In this document: positions 56,459 through 64,000 of the stretch, in pieces
How the letters are laid out: each line of letters starts with the position of its first letter
How positions within the stretch are numbered: the stretch's first letter is position 1
From: Camelus dromedarius
Lineage: Eukaryota
Assembly: GCF_036321535.1 (NCBI RefSeq)
Contig: NC_087462.1
Coordinates: forward strand, 7,998,001-8,062,000
Length of the DNA: 64,000 bases
Direction of reading: 5' to 3'
The notes under the pieces: model-generated
Told to the model about the DNA's origin: nothing
Databases searched by the model: none
What the model saw: only the letters and a program-made list of their open reading frames with translations
Program-made: the position numbers and the translations under genes

Positions 56459-58146
56459 CAGTGGTTCTTAAAATGTGATCCCCTGGGGATCCCCAAGAAC
56501 CTTTTAGGGAATTCATGAGATAAACTAAAAGAATGATTCTAAGGCATCACTTGCCTTTCTCATTTACGCTATGTGTTGTCATGTGCACTATTGGTACAAA
56601 AGTAATGATGGGTAAGGCTGCTGACCCCTCAAGCAGGAATCAGTGCAGTGTCGCCATAATGTGGTAGCGGTTGCCATTGTATTCCTCACCACCACACACT
56701 CAAAGTTAAAACAGTTTCACTTAAGAATATCCTTAAAGAAGCAGTGAAAGTAGTAATTGTGTTCAAGCTTAGCCCTGCAGCAGGTCTTTCTAATATTCTG
56801 TGTGGCGAAATGGGAAGTTTGCATAGAGCAGTTCTGTCGCATGCTGGAGAAGGATGGTGGTTGAGGTAAAGCACTTGTGTAGTTGTTTGAGTTTAGGTAG
56901 AACTGCTGACTTTTTTCATGAACACCATTTTTTACTTGAATAGTTATTAATTATTCAGATTAGGATATTTGGCATATAGTTTCTTAGACATGAAGTGAGT
57001 GATCACTTAGAGTACAATTGACAGTTTGTTGCCAATAATCATATTCGAACTTTTAAGCAAAACTTAGACATTTGGGAAACTTATTCACCACCGTGAGCCT
57101 GACAACTTTTCAGGATTTAAAGGCTTTCCTGATGAGATCAGTGGTGATACTAACAAATATGATTGTAAAAATACTGTATAGTGAAATGCAAAAACTCAGT
57201 ATATCAGTATTTTCCAGAAGACCAATGCATGATGTTACAAAATCAGTCATGAGTAAAAAGATCAATTAAAATTGTAAGATAGGCCAGTGGGTTTCATTGT
57301 AACAGTATGAAAAGTTTATTGATACAATTTCACATTCCACATTGTAACTAACTTTAATACACCACTACTTGTTGAGTTTTGGTATAGTAGCAAAGTAGAA
57401 TATCCCCAATTAGCTGAAAAGGCTTTAACACTCCTCCCTTTCCCAATTATGTATCTATGTGAGGCTGGATTTTCTTCATATATTTCAACCCAAACAGCAT
57501 ATTGCAACAGATTGACTGCAATAAACTGTGTGAGAATCCAGCTGTCTTTCATTAACACCAGACAGGAGCTTTACAAAAGTGTAAAACAATGCCATTCTTT
57601 TCACTACTTTAAATGTACACAGTTATTTTAAAATAAATAGGTTATTTATATTAACATTTAGTAGATTTATTAGCTAATTTAATTTAGTTAAATATTTAAA
57701 AGTTTCCTGAGTTTTAATTTCCAGTTCAGTAAATATAAATACATATAGTCTCTGTCCCCATAAACAGCAGTTCGTTAGGGTCCACATTAATTTTTTTTAA
57801 TTTAATTTTTTAGAGCAGTTTTAGGTTCATAGCAAAATTGAGAGTAAGGTACATAGACTTTTCATATACCCTTTCCCCCTCCTACGTGCATAGTATCCCC
57901 AAGCATGAACAGCCACCACCAAAATGGTAAATTTATTGCAATTAATGAGCCTGTACATCATCACCCAAAGTGTGTAGCTTACTTAAGGCTCACTCTTGAT
58001 GAACATGTATCCATCATTACATTATTGTACAGAATATTTTCACTGCCCTAAAAATCCTCTGTGCTCTTCCCAGTCATCCCCCGCCACACTCATTAATTTT
58101 TAAAAGGCTAAAGTGATCCCAAGACCAAAAATTGTAAGATCCTCTG
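56459..58146 (+). mobile_element. Charlie1-type hAT transposon remnant with nested L1 fragment (~57790-58090)
   Basis: Imperfect TIRs cagtggttcttaaaatgtgatcc / gaccaaaaattgtaagatcctctg. Degraded transposase near 56710-56900 (KNILKEAVKVV..., ILCGEMGSLHRAVL). The nested insert is flanked by a repeated cattaattttt. Confidence 0.7.
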
Positions 58147-61100
58147 AATTAATCCATCCTTTTCCTAGTGATCTGTAATCTCTGCCTAGAGCAGGTTTCC
58201 ATGTAGTCACATGTCTTCCATTGGTCTTTTTGTTTCTTCCTGTGCCAATACCACATTGTCTTAAATATTACCACACCATAATCAATCTTGGTAAGGCTAG
58301 TTTCCCATCTTGTTCTTCTTCCATTGGTGTTGGTTATTCTTGGCCTTTGTTCTTCCACAGAAATTGGGATGCAGAAATATTTTTTCCTATGACAAAAGTA
58401 TTATATGTTTAATGCAAATAATTTTTAAAATACAGAGTTGTGAGAAAGTTATAATTACCCACTACAGATAAACTGTTAATATTCTGGTGTATAGCTTTAT
58501 ATTCTGCATGTATTACATATATATACACACATACATATACATGCACAATACACAGTTTCACATATGTATACATACATTTTTGTATATATGTGCCATCAAA
58601 ACAAAAGTGGGGTTATATTTTACCTTGTTTTTATATCTAGGTTTCTCCCCTTAGTATTATGCATATATTTCCATGTCATTTAGTATTCTTCTGCATTATC
58701 ATTTTTAATGGCTTCATGGTATTCTGCTTATGAGTGTGTAATTGTTGTTATAATTTATGTAACAATTTTCTATGCTGAAATTTTAGATGCTTTCTTGTTT
58801 CACCTCAGAAGCCTGACTACAGCTAACCTTCTTGCCACTGTCTTCATGTACATGTGTGATTCCTTAGGGTCAATTCCCAGGAGAGGACTGGTTGGCTTAA
58901 AGTGAGGGCTTCAGTTGTGAGAAGCTGGGATAACTTGAACAGAGGCAAAGGGTGGTGGAAGACAGTGGGGCCAGGCAGATAGAAAAAAGTGGGAGTTGCA
59001 AGGGTTTTGGTCAAGAAGGTCCCAGTGAAGTAAGAAGGGATATAAATGGGGGAAGAAGAAGCCAGCAAGGTCCTGCCATCACAGCTCACTGACTGAGATG
59101 TTTGAAAGGGTAAGAGAGGAGCAGAATAAGCCTGAGGAAATTGTAGTGATGAAGGACTAGCCTCAGCACAGCTGCCCTAGAGCTTCCCAAGGGCTCATGG
59201 GAGAGAGGAGGTTTTCTCAAGGGCAGAGGTGCCAGTGCTTTCAGTCCTTTGGGGATCTGAAGAGAATACTCTGTTGCTCTGCTTTAATGCTTTCCCTCTG
59301 GCTTAACTCTCCTGGGTCTACTCTGGACAGTCCTAAAATACTAGCTACATAGGGACCATCAGGCTGTGACACAGTTAGTGGGCATCTCCTCTGATGTAGG
59401 GAGCCAAGCTGAAGTGGGGTTGGCAGGCAGTGATGGGGGCCTGGCAACGGCAGCTGAGGGCAGGCAGCCCCTGGGATCGGAAGACCAAGATGGAGGCCTG
59501 GCCCAGCTTTCTCTTATTAGCTGAGTGAACGTGGGTACATTCTCGAACTTTTCTGAGCTTCAGCTTCTGCAGCTGTAAAACAGGGCTAAGTAAAACCTGC
59601 CTCACAGGTAGTTGAAAGGATTAAATTGGACAGCATTCATAAAGCATCTACAGGGTGTGGGCTCTTTGAACTGCTTAGTAATCTTATTTGAGTAAGTTAT
59701 TTAATCATTCTAACTTCAGTTTCCTCATTTGATAAATGGGGATAATAATACACTTCTTGTGATAAGTAAGATGAAATGTAAGAAAGAGCTTTGAAATGAA
59801 TCTCAACAAGTTATTGTTTCTGGGCACGTGCAAATGGTTGCCCCAAGTGTGTACGGGTGCCAGTAACAAGCACTGAAGGTCACAGGTTGTCAGGCACAGC
59901 AGGTTTTACTGTGTGTGTGGAGGAGTTGGATGTGTGCAGTGCTGGGAGAGTAAAGGACACAAAGGCGGAGGAGTTGGCCGTATTGTAGAGTCTCATCTTA
60001 CGCCAGGATTAAATTTTAGAGTCAGAGCATGAGTTACGTTTACCTTAAAGCTCCTCACTTGTTCACAGAGCATCTCTCATTAAGTTCAGTAGAACCAGTT
60101 CCTCTTCAGCATAGGATTGGGTTGGGCACCAACTAAAATGTTGAGCTTAGGTTTCAGGGCCATGCTGAATTAAAAACAGCTACCCACAGTGAGAGATGCA
60201 TGGGAACTGAGAGCAGCTGAGGGAGTGGTCTTAAATCCTATCTCAGGGCCTCTGGGTCTTATGCTCAATACAGCTTTATGTCCTTTAACAAATATTTATT
60301 GATCACCTACTGTGTGCCAGACACTGTGCTAGACAATAGGGAACAGCAGTTAAAAAGATAGACCATTGCACATTATCTTCTAGTCAGGGAGGCAGACAAT
60401 AAACAAACAAAAAAGATAGTTTGTGAGATGGGAGTACTATGGGAGACAAAACAAGACAGGGGTTAGGACATTCTGGAGTGGCCACTTGCAATTTAAATGA
60501 AATAGCCTGGGAAGCTGGGAAACTCTGATTTTCATAAGCCCTGTAGAAGAATAAATGAACCCTACGAACAGCCAGTGCAAAGGCCCTGAGGCAGGGAGGA
60601 GGGTGCCTGCATGTTTGTGGACAGTGAGGACCCCAGTGTGGCTGGAGTGGCGGGAAGGAGGAGGAGAGCCATGGGGATGAGATCTGATGCTGTAGGGCCT
60701 TGCTGATCTTGGCCAGGCCTCTCACCTGGGTGAGAGAGGAGGACTTTGGAGAGTTTAGAGCAGAAGAGGGACAAAATATGCTTAGTGAGATCACTCTGGT
60801 TTCGGTGTTGAGAAAAGGTTGAAGAGGGACAAGGGAGCTACTTAGAGGACTGTTATAGTGATCCTGGTGAGAGACAGCAGTGGCTTGAACCAAGGCAGTG
60901 AGAACTAGTTAATTCTGGATATTTTTAAGTTACAGCCTACATTGCATCTACTGTCAGGTTAGATGTGGGATATGAAACAGTAAATGAGTTCAAGGGAAGC
61001 TCCAAGGGTTTTAGCTTCAGTCTCGGGGTGGAGAAGCCTGTGGGAGAAACTGGAGCAGCAGCTGTGTACGTGTGTGTGTATGTATGTAACTGGTTTAGGA

Positions 61101-61238
61101 CAGGTTAAGTTTGAGATCTTAACTAGACACCCAGGGGGAGATGTGGAGTAGATAGTTGGATCTAAATGAATCCAGAGCTCAAGGTAGAAGTGTTGGCTAG
61201 AGCTCTATGTTTGGAAGTCATCAGCATGATAGACAGTG

Positions 61239-62036
61239 CAGCTGACCCTTGAACAGTGCAGAGGGTTAGGGATTCTGATGCCTGTGCAATCAAAAATCCA
61301 CATAGAAGTTTTGACTCCCCCTCAACTTAACTATTAATAGCTACTGTTGACTGGAGACTTACTGATAACATAAGCAATCAGTTACACATATTTTGTATGT
61401 TATATGTATTAGATGCTGTATTTTTATAATAAAATAAGCTAGAAAAAATGTTAAGAAAGTCATAAGAGAAAATACATTTACAATACTGTACTGTATTTAT
61501 CAATACTGTAAGTTTACATCATCTGTTTACAGGATGAATCATCTATCAGTAGCTACATCAGTATTGCCTTATATGATACAAAATACTGTAGATGTTACAC
61601 ATCTTAACACTGTACATCAAAAATGAAAAGATGATGTGAAAAATAAATTCATATTTATTACAGGTATAATAATTCATGCATTGATAATGAGGAAGCAGCA
61701 ATGATTGCTTTATGGCAGCCTAGTGAATTTGATGATGCCATGTNNNNNNNNNNNNNNNNNNNNNNNNNNNNNNNNNNNNNNNNNNNNNNNNNNNNNNNNN
61801 NNNNNNNNNNNNNNNNNNNNNNNNNNNNNNNNNNNNNNNNNNNNNNNNNNNNNNNNNNNNNNNNNNNNNNNNNNNNNNNNNNNNNNNNNNNNNNNNNNNN
61901 NNNNNNNNNNNNNNNNNNNNNNNNNNNNNNAAATTGTCACAAACCTCCCCAAAATTTTTCCAACATACTTATTTAAAAAAATTCGCATCTAAGTGGACCT
62001 GTGCAGTTCAAACCTGTGTTGCTCGAGGGTCAACTG
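61239..62036 (-). mobile_element. Tigger2-family DNA transposon remnant inserted in an L2
   Basis: TIRs cagctgacccttgaaca / tgctcgagggtcaactg followed by TA. The flanks (60290-61238, 62037-62280) are L2-like. Confidence 0.75.
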
Positions 62037-62834
62037 TATTTAAAACCATGAGGTGGGATGAGATCACCCAGGGAGTGGATGTTGGTAGAGAAAAGGTCCA
62101 AGGCTAAGTTGGGCTTGTCAACATTAAGAGGTGAGATGAGAAGGAACCAGCGATGGAGACTGGGAAGGAGTAGCTTTGGGTGGAGAGGAGGAATGGGTGA
62201 GTGTGGCATCCTGGACGCCTGTGTTGAGGGCAGAGGGGCATGGAGAAAGGTGTTTGCACTGTTAGGTCATTCCTCTCTCTCTGAGCATTGGCATTGTTAT
62301 TTGAGAATGTGAAATACACATGATGCAAGTCCACTGTCATGATTGAAGATACACAATTCCAGTAATGTGTGGGAGTCTAGGAGCGGCTGTGGGAATCATA
62401 CAGGCACAGCTTACAGTTCCTGTGCTATGCTTTAATATAGCCTGTGGACGGCGTCCAGGCCGAGAAGGGCTTCTCTGAGAAGCCACATGGCACAGTGCCC
62501 TGGCCCATTCAGCCTTGGATGTCCATCCAGGCACTGTAAGCCTCAGTTTCCCTATCTGTAAAATGGAGCTCTGATAACCTCCACCCAGAGCATTTATACG
62601 GATTCAAAGAGAAATTGCACCTTAATTGCTCAGCCAGGCCCAGGAACCCCCCAGGTTCCATAAACAGTAATGATTCTGTGACTTTGTGTTCACTGTGTGT
62701 TCTCCACTGTGTGTTCTAAATGCTGCAGTACAGGTGCCTCACTGTGTCACAGACTCACGGGGATGCTCCGTGCAGATCCACTCACCCATTCCTCTCCACC
62801 CACCCCACCAAATGAGTCACACCACTCTTGTCAT

Positions 62835-64000
62835 TCCAAGAAATCTTAATTTCTTTATTGTTTGATNNNNNNNNNNNNNNNNNNNNNNNNNNNNNNNNNN
62901 NNNNNNNNNNNNNNNNNNNNNNNNNNNNNNNNNNNNNNNNNNNNNNNNNNNNNNNNNNNNNNNNNNNNNNNNNNNNNNNNNNNNNNNNNNNNNNNNNNNN
63001 NNNNNNNNNNNNNNNNNNNNGGAGAAGGGGGAGGAGGCCCGAATGGACAGAGAGAAATTGAGGGTGAGAGAAGAGGAACACGGAGACAGTGAGAAAGATA
63101 GGGAAAGAGGTGGAGACAGAGAAAAAGGAAGGCAAGGAAAACCAAAAACAAAAGCAAAAAAAAAAAAAAAAAAAAAAAATCCAGAGAAAAATAATTAACA
63201 AGATTTAAAAGCAAATGAATTCAGGGGCCCAAGGAAGGGAGTAGGAGAGGAAACCAAGACCCTTCCTTCTCTATACCGTCCCAGCTGGGGTGGGGGCATC
63301 AAGGCACCAGGTCTGGTTGGGGTGGGGGGACACCTGGGCTCTCGGGGTAGCTTTGTGCTGGACTGCAGTGGTGTCCAGCTCTACCAGGGGGGCCCTGCCA
63401 CGCAGCTCTGAGGCCTGGGAATCCACCTTGGTGATTCTGGCTGGAATGGGAACCAAGGGACCCCCTGCACCCTCACTCTCCCTTTGATTGTCGGAGTCTG
63501 GAGAGATAAAAGGAGGATTGGGCAGGGGAGAGGAAGCAGGACTCCTTGCTTGCCTCCAGTGCCCCTGGGAACTCTCCCATCCTGCCTTCTCTTCCAGCCC
63601 TCTCTGCTAGTGTCAGAGGCAGCCTCTGACTAGCTGGGTTGATGCCCAGGCTGGGCCATCTCCTCCATTTACCCTTGTCTCCCACCAACTCTTCACAGGT
63701 CTCTAGCCACCACTCCCTACAGAGGAGTTCCTGGCCTAGTGAAGCCAAGGAAAGCCATGGATCTGTCTCCTGCCTCCCTCACAAAGCCATCCGGACAAGA
63801 CCTTTCCCATCCTTCATCTCCCTGTCCAGACTCACCCATGGTCTGGTGAAAGGGGTTAATTAAGCCTTCCTACCCAGAAAAAAACAGTTGGAACCCAGCC
63901 TTACTTTCTCCCCACACCTAGCCCCCTGAATGGGACAAACCACCATCTTTGGTCTGACCCCTTCTCCCCTAACTGATGGGGACAAGCCAGCCCCAGCTCC
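62835..64000 (-). other. ADGRL1: Probable 3' UTR end of the next gene (ADGRL1 by synteny)
   Basis: AATAAA on the minus strand at 62854-62859 in UTR-like low-complexity sequence, about 11.8 kb from ASF1B exon 1. Identity is inferred from gene order only. Confidence 0.5.

Overview
Mammalian genomic DNA, probably a camelid (alpaca/camel) judging from its young tRNA-derived SINE. The gene order matches human 19p13.12. Left to right: the 5' five coding exons of PALM3 (-), MISP3 (+, with a mir-1199-like hairpin inside its CDS), C19orf67 (-, 6 exons, 357 aa), SAMD1 (-, most of GC-rich exon 1 in N gaps), PRKACA (-, 10 exons plus the sperm-type Calpha2 alternative first exon) and ASF1B (-, coding exon 1 hidden in an N gap). 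After these come a CCAAT-rich bidirectional promoter, about 11 kb of nested transposon remnants, and probably the 3' UTR end of ADGRL1. Exon boundaries were read by hand from GT/AG sites and reading phase. I found no new protein-coding system. The best leads are non-coding: (1) an exactly 40-bp-phased degenerate repeat and a perfect RFX X-box palindrome beside the Calpha2 exon; (2) a long stop-interrupted in-frame extension upstream of MISP3; (3) a template-switch micro-inversion that flips the B-box of one SINE copy; (4) an orphan ZNF143/NRF1-type promoter between MISP3 and C19orf67. Gene and repeat names come from recalled sequence knowledge; no database was searched.
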